Assembly: GCA_030704615.1 (NCBI GenBank)
Contig: CM060732.1
Coordinates: 36,580,001 to 36,644,000, forward strand
Source: Takakia lepidozioides
Taxonomy: Eukaryota; Plantae; Bryophyta
DNA length: 64,000 bases
Direction: 5' to 3'
The notes below the pieces were generated by a model. It was not told the origin of the DNA and searched no databases. It saw only the letters and a program-made list of their open reading frames with translations. A program made the position numbers and the translations under genes. Below are positions 36,420-47,244 of the stretch, piece by piece; within the stretch, counting starts at the first letter, position 1, and each line of letters begins with the position of its first letter.

Positions 36420-37324
36420 TGGGGACATCAACCTTGGAGCGTGGGGGAGGAAATGCATGCTTAGCCCGGCTTAGCTAGCTCAGGAATCCGATTGCAAAAA
36501 CTTGTATTGTACAAAAATTTGTTATAAAGGAAATGGGTTCCAAATGTTGTGTGTCCTATTTTGTTTGGAATGGTGATGCATGGTGTGGTTGGCTAGTGTG
36601 TAGAATGCATGCTAGCTTACAAAAGTGGGAGAGGTAAATTGGGTTAATCGTGTGTTTGCGCAGTGCCGAAATCGGGTGACTCCCATCCAAGGGGCAAGGA
36701 AACATGCGTCTTCTTTGGGAGTTCACGTGCTAGTGCGCACCTGGTGCGTGCGCGTACTATAACTGCGCTACCGAGGTGGTTGCCTTGTAGTGCGGGCTAA
36801 CGCGGAAGCTATGTGCTTCCGTTCACGTACTATAATCATATAGCCTCGGGACGAAGTCGTAGTGCGGCTTCGACGTGTTCCCGTACTTCAGGCCAGCATT
36901 CCAAGACGGAACCAATTGTAGTGATTGGGGCGCACGGTTGGTTCAAGGTTATCTTCCTAATCAAAGGGGGTTCGAGGTGAACCCTTGCGCAAAGTGATGC
37001 CAAAAGCGGCATCAGGAGCGATCGCAAGCAATGTTGTTGCAGTAACGCGATTCGATCCTCAGGGAGGATCGTTCCTTGACCTTGAAGAAGGCCAAGAAGA
37101 GTGCACTGGGAGGAGCTTGAGAGGCTCCACCCCTCGCCGGGACTTGGAGGAAGTCGGCCGAACTAGCTAGTGAAGAGTAGAGTCAAGTGTGGGGTTTGGT
37201 TCTTTGCCATGGGACGCCATGGTACGGAAACAAACTCCTTGATGTGGGACGCCACAACTTGGATGTTCGTTCTACAAAATGGACAAGTCGATGAGGACAT
37301 CGACTCCCTGTTGGTAGGGGTGTG

Positions 37325-38052
37325 TGTTGCGGCCCTTTGCCTTGAGGGCAGGGGGTCGGGACACATGAGGGGCTGCCCCTGTGGTGGGGGCAGCGGCAGC
37401 GATAGGTATGGGGGGACTGAAGCACCCTTGAGTGCCCAAGGCACTCAAAGAAGCGGAGGCGCTCACTAGGTGGAGCCCCGCACACCGGGTTGCGGTGGGG
37501 GTGGCTCCACAAGGGGTGGTGGTAGCTTAGCGGGACTTAGTGGGGGTGGCATAGGACTCACCATGGGGGCAGAGACCTCGTGGTGGGAGTCGTGGGGAGT
37601 CTTGGGACTCATCACGGTCCATAGGGGCCGTGGTGAGTGGGCCAAAACTCACCGCGACTCATCACCGGGAGTCGAGGGTTTTCGTGGTGGTTCGCCATAA
37701 AATGGCATGGCTGGTTGTGAAACCCCCGCGGACAGCTACAGAAGTATATATAGGGAGTAGTAACCCCGAGAACGGTGCAAGCCCGTTGGTTACCAAAAAC
37801 TAGTGAGTAAGCGAGCGAGCCAGAAAGCGACCAAAGAGTGGGGAGCTGTTCCGGACTGCCAACTACCAAAGGGAATTCTCGCTGGTTCCAAATCGGTGGA
37901 GGGTTCTTTGGGAGAACAAAGGGGGACCGTTATGCCCCGGTGAGCAGCCGAAGCTCCAAGTTGGTCCGATGGCCAGGTTGGGAGTCAGGCGCGCGCATCA
38001 AAGCGAGTAACTATGACTTGAGGGGGAGCTTACCGAAGTGAGGTGCACGACA
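37325..38052 (+). repeat. 3' LTR of chromovirus, preceded by PPT (~37313-37324)
   Basis: TGTTGCG...GCACGACA; near-identical to the 5' LTR. Confidence 0.97.
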
Positions 38053-38207
38053 TCTACGATGGCCCGGCACCAAGCTCTCAAGACAGATGCTTCATCTTGG
38101 GCTAATATAATTAAGGACAACACATCCAACAACAGCCCTCACTCTCTAGAGGAAACAGTCTCGGCTACCTTACGGGATGAACAACAATGGGCTTTCAAAG
38201 CCCTTAA

Positions 38208-38839
38208 TGTCAAGGACGAGAACATGACTGAACACAAACAAGAGATCAGACTAGAGGTACAAGATTAGACAAGAAGTTAAGGTCGGCGTGGCCGTATGCA
38301 CCATGAGTAAATATGAATCAAGATGATCTTTATAACAATGAACAAGAGTACAAGATATTGAAACACGACTTGAATACTGGAATGCTGGAAACTGGACTGG
38401 AGTACTAGATATTGGAAACTGGGCTAGAGTACTGGGAACTGGAAACAGGAGTAGTTTGAATTGGTGTTGGCGAGACTGAAGAGTGTCCAGTCTCGCCTCC
38501 TATATATACTGGCTACTAAGAAACTTCCCTAAAAAGCTTCATCTATGGAGGTTTCTTGTTGGAGAAGTTTCCAAGATTAAACAAAGGTTTCTTGATGGAG
38601 AAGCTTCCTTAAACAAAGGAGATATCTTGATGGAGAAGTTTCCTCAAAAGGAAGCTTCCTGAGCAGTTTCTCAAGTTACTCTTGGTAATTTGATAAATTC
38701 CCGGTAATTTGATAAGTAATGATAAATTATGGTAGATCATGGTAAATATTGATAAGTCATGGTAACTTCTGATAACATGGTAACTTGGTAACTTCTAGTA
38801 TTTACTCCTGGTAAGTTCCTCTGAGCTATGTCCGTAACA
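38208..38839 (-). mobile_element. Solo LTR (632 bp) of an unrelated family, TSD CTTAA
   Basis: TGTCAAGGAC...GTCCGTAACA termini with CTTAA on both sides. Removing it restores LINE ORF1 (FKALN-IRVTGL). Orientation is tentative, inferred from the TATA context. Confidence 0.88.
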
Positions 38840-39025
38840 CTTAACATCCGGGTCACTGGATTAAAACTAGGGAACCTTGCAGATGACGACCCTCTTGGCG
38901 CGATCACCACCCTTATTCAGCAAAACCTTGCTCTACCACGGGGAGCGAGTGACATTCAACGGGCTTGGCGTGCAGGAACTTCGGAGCACAAAGTCATATT
39001 TATTCGTTTCAAGGATAAAAGTGCT

Positions 39026-39654
39026 CACTACTACAATGTGGGGGGAGGGTGATTAGCGAGACACTAACCAACCTATCAGTTACAAAACTTATACACAAAC
39101 GTAGGATTTAATTGTACATAAGGTAGTTCATGCAGACATCGGTTGATCGTCGGGACCTCAAAGAAACCAAAAAATGACTCAGACGTCTCTAAAAGTGACT
39201 TGGCAAAAATTCAAAAATTCAAAAATTCAAAAAAAAACTCAATAAACGACCCCCATGGCGTCGCTCCAATTCAGCGACCCCCAGGTCGTCACATTTTTTT
39301 TTAAATAATAATAATAATAATTTTTTTTTCCGGGGTGCTTGAAGCGATGCCCTTGGCATCGCTACCTCCCAACCGACGTCGGAAGGTCGCACCAAGGCCG
39401 ACCCCAGTGCATCGCAATTAACGAGGTTTTTAAAAAAAAAAATCAGATGCAATGCCTGAGGCGTACAGTGTAGGACTTGGTTATTTTGGGATTTTCTATT
39501 GTTGAGGTGGTCGAGATAGCAACCCCTCTACCGGGGTTGCTCTAAATTGGAACGACCCTCTGGGCGTCGCTAATTCGCCTGCAACGTCAGTGTTGCACGG
39601 TTCCGCGTGCACCAGGCTGTGGGCGTCGTTAAACCCCCCATAATTGCAGTAGTG
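39026..39654. mobile_element. Non-autonomous CACTA element (paralog of 20717-21415 with a ~70-bp internal deletion), TSD GCT
   Basis: Same termini, TSD and insertion site as copy 1. Confidence 0.92.
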
Positions 39655-41150
39655 GCTCGGGATAGGGTCATCAGACATAGGCCTCCATTGAGAGGCCGTC
39701 AGGGTATGTACCTAAACGATGATTTGATCCCCCTGCAATACAAAGCCATGCGGGCGAAACTCTTGCAGGTCAAACAGGCTCGGGCTTGGGGACACTACGT
39801 AGTGTACCGAGATGGGAGGGTAAATATTGTCCGAGAGTAAGAGCGTTGCCCCTCTAATTCTAAATAGGGGTTGGGGCCCCATGAGACCAACGTACGCTCA
39901 CATCTACACATTGGCTCATGGAACTATATGGATCATTGTGGAGCCTTCCCCAAGGGCTTCCCGATATTCTTTCCAAGTGTGATGTCATTTTTCTCTTGGA
40001 AACACATGCGTACGAAGGAAAGGACCCTCCTTCTATTCTCGGTTATAGCTTCCAGTTAGTGACTCATCCACGTACAGGTCTCAAAGGATCTGGTGGAGTG
40101 GCGTGTTACTTTGCGGACTGACTTCTCCCCTTTATCTCCTTCCCATACAAAGACCCACTGGCAAGCTGGTACATTTGATGTCACATTAAAGGCTACAACC
40201 CAGCTCAACCAGACATTCTGCTGGTGGGATGTTATTTTGCTCGACCCGACCCTACATCTCCGCACAGCGCCCTACAAATGCACACAGATTCGCCATATGT
40301 TCCATTGGAGGATATGTCCCGTCTCCGTATCCCACACACAGACAATGTGTCATATTCTTGGTTGGAGATTTCAACGCCCATACATGTTTACTACAGGCCC
40401 CCACCTTCAACCCCACGGATCCTCTACATATCCAACACTCACATATAGACTTGGAGAAGCAAAGTGCGGATGTCTATTGCGAAATCACAAACTACGGTCA
40501 CCATCTACTCAAGTTTTGTGAAATTCAGGCCTGGCTTGTCATTTACAATGGCACAATCAATTTAAAATCCTCCAGCCAGTTCACCTGCCACACGTACAAG
40601 GGCCAGAGCGTGGTCGACTATCTCTTGGGGAGCCCCCAACATGACTGATAGGATAAGCTCTTTTTACATCACGGGGTACCCGGATTCTGATCCCTCTTGC
40701 CTTTCCTTTGCATTTTATTCCATCTCTCTCCCCGTGAAGGGATGTTCTGCTTCTCTCCCTTTACACCCACGGATTCACTTTAATACCCCCTTCTCTCACT
40801 TACACGACGCCGAGTATGAAACATGACTAGCGTCAATCCTTCTCTCCAATTCTAGATCTACCATCTCCTAATGACAAGGCTACGCATCTTACTCACGCCC
40901 TTTGGGACTCAGCCCTACGATCCTTCTCTGTCACCCTTCCATCTATCTCCTCACCCTTCGGACCCTCTTGTTGTTATACACCGTTTTATGATGAAGAATG
41001 CAAGCTGGTTGCAGCTAGACGATGACATCAAATCTCTACTACTTGATATCCATTCTTCTCCAGATTCCACAAACCTAGCTCTTAAGCACTATAAGTCCCT
41101 CATTAGGACCAAAAAGAGAGCCTATATTCTCAAGTTGCAATCTTCTTTCC

Positions 41151-41781
41151 TTGAATTGTCATGTTCCTTGTGAGGGCTGCGAATGACGCCTCCTTAATGC
41201 CCAACCTGTTTCAATGGTAGAACATGGCTGTTTGCTTAGGTTTTGTTTTGATTGGTTTTTGGGTTGGATTCCCATGTGCCGTTTGAATTAGGGTTACCGT
41301 TCTGGGATTCTGGCTTCCGTTTCTCCTTTGGGGTTTGAGGTTTGGGGTTTGGGGTTTATCGTTGCGGGCATGGGTTTTCGGTTTATGGTTTTCCATGGGG
41401 GTTTGAAATTTGGGTTGCGGGATCAGTGTTTGTAGTTATGGTTTTCCTGTATTTCCCCGGGTATAGAATTTGTCGTCAATGTCGTGTTTGCCGTACAATC
41501 AATTTTATTTCAGTCCATGCATCCTCCACTCTTCAGGACTCACATTCGTCCATCATCCATCCATCACCTTCTTTCATTCATCCATGCCTCTTTCATCCGT
41601 CCGTGGTCCCTCGCCGCCTACGTGAATTTGCATTCAGAACAGTTTGCGTCCACGACAATAGGCCCTGTATTCGGATGTAGGCTCTGCTTCCCTAATCTGC
41701 TCATGCTTAAGGATTCTGCTCACGATTAGTGTGCAAAGCGTGAGCGTGCTCACGTGAGCTGCTCACACGGTAGCTACCCTC
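41151..41781 (+). mobile_element. Right end of the MULE, followed by TSD CATCTATGG (41782-41790)
   Basis: Terminus TGCTCACGTGAGCTTGCTCACACGGTAGCTACCCTC; LINE ORF2 resumes directly after it (IYGCEFW). Confidence 0.75.
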
Positions 41782-44700
41782 CATCTATGGTTGTGAATTT
41801 TGGACACCTGGTGTCCCAGTTTCCTGGTGGGAAAAGAATCTGGAACCATTGCAGTCATTTTTTCTCCAAGCAATGCTTGGCGCTAGAAGCACAACTCCAT
41901 CTCATATCCTAGGTGCAGAGTTCGCATGCATGCCATTGCAAAACCGAGACCCTCTTCCGGCTTACACTCTTTCTTCATAGATTACAGGCCCTACCACCCA
42001 AGGGGCTCGTGGCAAAAGCCCTCGCAACATCTATGAGGCTCAATGCTACAGGTTTCAGGCACTCCTAGTATGCTCGAGTGGATAGTTTATTTCAGCGCAC
42101 GAACTCTCTACTGCTTCTTTATTACCAATGAATCCAGAAGGGGTGGACATCACATCTAGACAGGATCGCAACTGACTCATTAGGAGAGAGCTTATGGAAT
42201 TAAATGTCAAGAGAACTTGGAAGCTACCCAATCTCACGACGAAGCTCCACTTCTATCGCGAGACATTCTTGGTGCTATGAGATGATAGAATCTTGAGGCC
42301 CAACCACCTTTTGGTATCTTTATCTCCTTCCCTCCTGAGAGCATTGGGGCGGTTCAGGGTGGGTTCCCACAACCTATGGATAGAGACTGGCAGATAGAAA
42401 ACCCTGCATCGGGAAGACCGCCTATGTCCACCTTGCATAGGGCGCAGCTGGGAAATTAAAACCGAAGAACATTTCTTCTTCTATTGCCCTATACTATGAG
42501 ATCCGTGGGAGATTCCACTGTTTATTCCGTGGAACCCAATCTCTCATTGAAGTCTTCCACTATGAGGATCAGAAATGCTTGGCAGCTCACCTGCACGAGG
42601 CCTTCAAGTTTAATCATTCGAACAATAGTTCTTATTCTTGGCTTTGGGTTTCGTTTCCTCTCTCATGTTTTCTTCCATTTTGTCCCATAAGCTCTATGAG
42701 CTTTCCGCGGACATTATGAAGCACCATTTCATTTCCTTTCATTTCTCCATGGACTTGAACATGTTGCAAAGTCAAGAGAGCCAATAAAATAAAAAATGAA
42801 TGGGGTTTATTTTTTCCCTCGGGCCGCTCTGAATTGTGAAGGTTTCCTTTCTGAAAAAAGAATCTCCTCTCTCTATCAAGGGGCCTGATTTGTGAGCTGT
42901 CGCTCCCATGTGTTTCCCTTAAAAAGAAAAAAAAAAGGAAAAGGAAAAAAAAGGTATTACTAGCTTGAATTGTGAGCGAGCTGGGTTTCTTTTCATTTAA
43001 AAGAGAAAAAAAAGAAATACAAATTGATTAGGTGCAATTCTGTCGCGGGGCGGCCACATCCCATCGGAATTTACTTGCTAGTAATCGAAAAAAGTCCGGC
43101 TTTGCTGGGTGACAAAGATGAGTTGTGGGCTGCTAAAGAAGGCGTGCTTACCAACTTTCACCCCCCAACTTACCATAAGGAGTAAAGACACGGGTGGTTT
43201 TTTCTACCAAGGGTCAGGATGGCACCTCTCTCTCTCCTCTCGTCATCACCCGCCACTTCGACGGTCGAATGGACGGCTGGGATCCGACCCGATCCGACCC
43301 GATCCAATCCTCCAATGGATGAACCACCGCCATCCTCGATAACTATATTCACGTGGGATGAGAAACACATTGATGGATAGATACATCCAGCTACGGATGG
43401 ACGTGTATCCAATCTCCCTGCAGGAACGCACGATCTAAATCCGGATCTGACCCGCTTGACACGCGGGTGCGCGTGGACGGGTTGTGCTTACGTGGCCGCT
43501 GGATCGTGCACAAACCCAAATTTGGCAGAAAAGAGTCCGGGGCAGTCGGAAAAATAGGCTTTGCAAAATGCGTGAGACCCGTGTTTTGAGGGTGCCACGA
43601 TTCATCCAAATTGGGGTTATGCGCCCCAATTTGGGATCCTGATTCCTCAGCGGGAACGGGGAACAGAATCCTGACCTGACACCATGTGAGCCTTGTCTGG
43701 CTAAATTCGCCCCGAAAATTTAACCCGAGTTTAGTATAGTTAACGACACGACTCGGATCGAATCCTGACTCTGTCTATTAAAGTCTGCCGGCCCGTTTAT
43801 TTATAAGTTTTTGTTGCGCTAATAATCGGACGCAAAAGTATTATAGTGCGGCTTTTGAATGTGCCCTAAGAGGTGTTTTATTCCCATTGATGACGCTTGC
43901 AGTGCAGGAATGAAGTTAATTATGAAGCGGAAGCTGTACCTGCCATGACGCAGGCACATTATTATGCGCGGAGCGCCCTCTAGGTTCTAATCCGGATTAG
44001 GGTTTCGGTTTAGCGGACGACCACCGGTTTAGTGGTCGATTAGGGACGCTAATGGCGGATTAAGCGAGGCGAGTACCTAGAGCTATAAAGCACCTGTATG
44101 GTGGCACGAGCGAAGGACCGTTCCATCTTTGACCGGGGGCTACGTGGCGCGATCTGATGTGGCGGGGCTTACACGTGCCGGGAGCGAGCGAGCCAGCGAG
44201 CGAGCGAAGCGTGGTTAGGCAATTTGGCAAGGAGTTTAGGGCAGAGTTTGGCAGGGCGGGGTGCTGCCAAAAGGGAGAGGGACACTGTGGCTCGCTACTC
44301 TCACTCTGGAGCTGCTCTTGCGCACAGCATCATCGCTGCGATCTGCCTGCCTCGCTTCTTGTTCGTACTCTTGTTGCTTTCTTTCTGTGGCGGTGATCGT
44401 CTTGAATAATAAGATCGTTAGCGGGAGTGTCTGATTCTTCGCGTGACTGGAAGTTCTTGCATTGGAAGGGGGGCTTCCAGCCCGGGGAGCCCCCTTTCTG
44501 TGGAGGGAGTAAAGAATAGCTGGGAGTCTAGTGGTTTCCAACTTTGCGGTGGATGGAGGATGTGCAAGTGGCCGGTGTGGTGAAGGTTTGGTAGCTGCTG
44601 TCTGCTTGTGTAGCGGAAGGGGCGGGGGAGATGGAGTCGGTGGATCTTTCAATTCTGAAGTGAATCAGCTTGCAGTGACTGTGGTCTGGATTATGATCCA

Positions 44701-44901
44701 CATTGTCGTCGATCGAAGATAGTGTTGCGCAATGCTGTTGAGTTTAGTTAGTATCGGGCTGTCTGGTAAATTGTGGAGTTTCTTAGCAATCTCCACGTAG
44801 TTCTCATCATTCCCTCGTAATCTTGAAGCCGATGCGCGTGTATTGTTTTAGTTAATTGGTGTCAGAAAGTCGAAAGTACACATCCACGGACATTTGGGAA
44901 T

Positions 44902-47244
44902 ATGACGGAGAGGAAGTTTGAGACAGACGCATTTGACTGGCGAGGCAATTCTGAGGAGCTCGACATTGAGGATCCATTAGGTCTGTTCTGAGTGCTCTAT
45001 GGCTTATCCTCATCGGTTGTAAGAACTGAAGAAATCCAGGGTTTATACTACGGCGCTTCAGAGGGGCAGTGGCCTGCATTAGCTTCAGCTTCTTGTTTAC
45101 TGTAGGAACAGTTGTTATCCTTCGGCAGAACTCACATGAACGCGGTGACGTGATGATCCTTGTCTGTTATTTTGTCTTTATTGCTCTTTTCCGCAATCTC
45201 GAGCCTAAATGTGACAATTTAAACGGACTCTTTGTGTGTTTGAATCGTTTCCATGGCCCTTATTCTTGTGTTTGGTCCATCTCAAAATTTCCGCAGGTTT
45301 CTCCCAGTCATTATGGGAGGAATTGGACTCGAGACTTCTGTTTTCAACCCCTACGACTGACACATTGTTGTCAGATCCAGCACTTTACTCTCATGGCAGC
45401 CAAGGTAACAGTGCATTTTCGTCATCCGATCTCAGAGAGCATGTCGTTGTAGTTATTTGTTTTTCTGTTTGCTGTTTCGTACATCTGCCTTCTTACGTTG
45501 AGACTTGGTTCTTTTCCAAGGATTGCGACATTCTTATTCTTGCTTGTGGTTATGTATCTAGAAAGTTCAGTACATGGAGGCTTTGATCCCATTTTCCGAG
45601 CAAGCAGCCCTCGTCTCAAGAGGCGACGCATGCTGTTCAGCGGAGAAGAACCAGCATTCAGCAGCTGTGATCCACCTTATGAGCCCATGATTGAGCCTTT
45701 CAAGGTACGGAGATTATCATGAAGTCTTTCCAGTGGATGGCTGATTGTTTCGGTCAATATTTTGAACGTTCGGGGATACAATCTCTTTGTATTGGCAGTA
45801 CATGTGTTGCGTTGGCTACATTACAAGGTGCATCCGAGATGTTCTTTGTTTAGCCTTTCTCTAATTAGCCTTCCCGTGTGATGGCTTTCCTAGGGATGTG
45901 GCAGAGTTCCTTGGTTATCTTCCAATGTGACTTTCTCTTAGGTCACATGCGGTTAATCTTCTGCAGTTTGTCTGGGAGTGCAGAGCTGTGTAGATCCTCT
46001 GATCCAGGATGGTGACGGTCATGGAGCTTCAAGCTCAATGCCATCAATTTGGTACAGAGCTCCTGGTAATCACCTTATCTCACCATCATCTCACAGATAG
46101 GTTTGGATCCTCCATAGAAACGCCAGGTTGTGTTGTTACTGCAATCTAGTTATGTCAGGGTGTTGGCTTTTGAGGGAATTGGCTTAGACCATCACCTAAT
46201 GCTGGATACAATGGGCTTGCAATTCCAGATGACAGTCAGAGTTCCTTGGGTGATAATCTGGAGCCTTCAACTGAAAGCTGGATGGAAACATGCATTGAAG
46301 ACAATGACTCCTACATCCAAATGTAAGGAGAAAGGGGCTTATGACAGGTTTTTGGGTACATTGAGTTCTTGGTGGTGTTACTACAGTTGATGCACGCTGA
46401 GTAAGCTTCAATCAGCTCATAAGCAATGTTGATCCTGTGCTGAACTGTGCAGGGATGCAGCAGGGCTGGTCTCTGACACCCCTGGTAAGATTCAATGCTG
46501 TAGTGCTCACCTCAATATGTGTAATCTTCCTGTTCTTGTTCTCTTAGATTTTGAAAGTTCCTCCAAATTAAGAAGCCAGCACTATCTTGAAGAGGGGATG
46601 TTGGGCTTCATTGGGCCTAATTGGAAGGACTGATGTGTATATCCTCCTCCCTGCAGGCATGTGGACTCCTAAAGGACAGCCATATGAAGAGGGAGTTTTG
46701 CAGGGTCCCACAACACCATTCCCTAGCCGGCCCTCAACACCTGGTAATCTTAGTTTGTGGCAGTGGATGGTTTTCATGATCCGAACCAATGTGATATTGA
46801 AATGTCCGATGACGATGAATGGATGTGGTATACACGATACACGTCAATCAGCTCTATAGTGCTACTGGTCTATGTGGTTTTCACCTCATTAGGTTGGATA
46901 GATTGGGTCGAATGATGACTTCTCCAGTTGGGATCTTTCTTGCAACGGTTGCAGGCAGCAGGGCGAGTGCTGTGAGGAAACTTAACTTGAATGCTCCAGT
47001 GGCGTATCCATTTACACTGGTGAAACCTTCAGGGACTGAAGGAGATGTGACGCTAACAGACATAAACCAGCTCATATTGACGCCTCCATCAAGGGTTGCA
47101 AACCATGGCCATGGTGGTAGTGATTCAAGGCCTGGTGGCTCATCAGGACCTGGAGTTGGCCTCTCAGGGAAATCAGTGGTTGCCCGCACTAGAATATGTA
47201 CTGAGGGAAAGGGCACCATTACAATATTGAGAACAAAGGGTTAA
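44902..47244 (+). CDS. XRI1: XRI1-like protein; exons ~44902-44980, 45297-45404, 45562-45704, 46008-46065, 46229-46322, 46453-46484, 46658-46743, 46955-47244
   Basis: In-frame GT-AG splicing. Family motifs DWRG, LKRRRMLF, ESWMETC and the C-terminal VAYPFTLVKP.G..GDVTL.DIN..I..PP...LSGKSVV.RTRI.TEGKGTITILRTKG. Confidence 0.88.

Larger units (their letters stand above)
31339..38052 (+). mobile_element. Full-length Ty3/Gypsy chromovirus (6714 bp), TSD TCTAC, defective
   Basis: 728-bp LTRs with TG..CA ends; TSD at 31334-31338 and 38053-38057; PBS and PPT present; gag-PR-RT-RH-INT-chromodomain order. Confidence 0.97.
30600..42625 (+). mobile_element. LINE copy 2 (RTE-X/CR1-like architecture), interrupted by chromovirus, solo LTR, CACTA and MULE; RT core deleted at ~41151
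   Basis: ORF1 rebuilt from 30728-31338 + 38058-38207 + 38845-39025 + 39658-39840. EN ~39900-40630. ORF2 C-terminus 41782-42610 has GRFRVGSHNLWIETGR..RLCPPC..EEHFFFYCP. The 5' and 3' limits are approximate. Confidence 0.85.
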
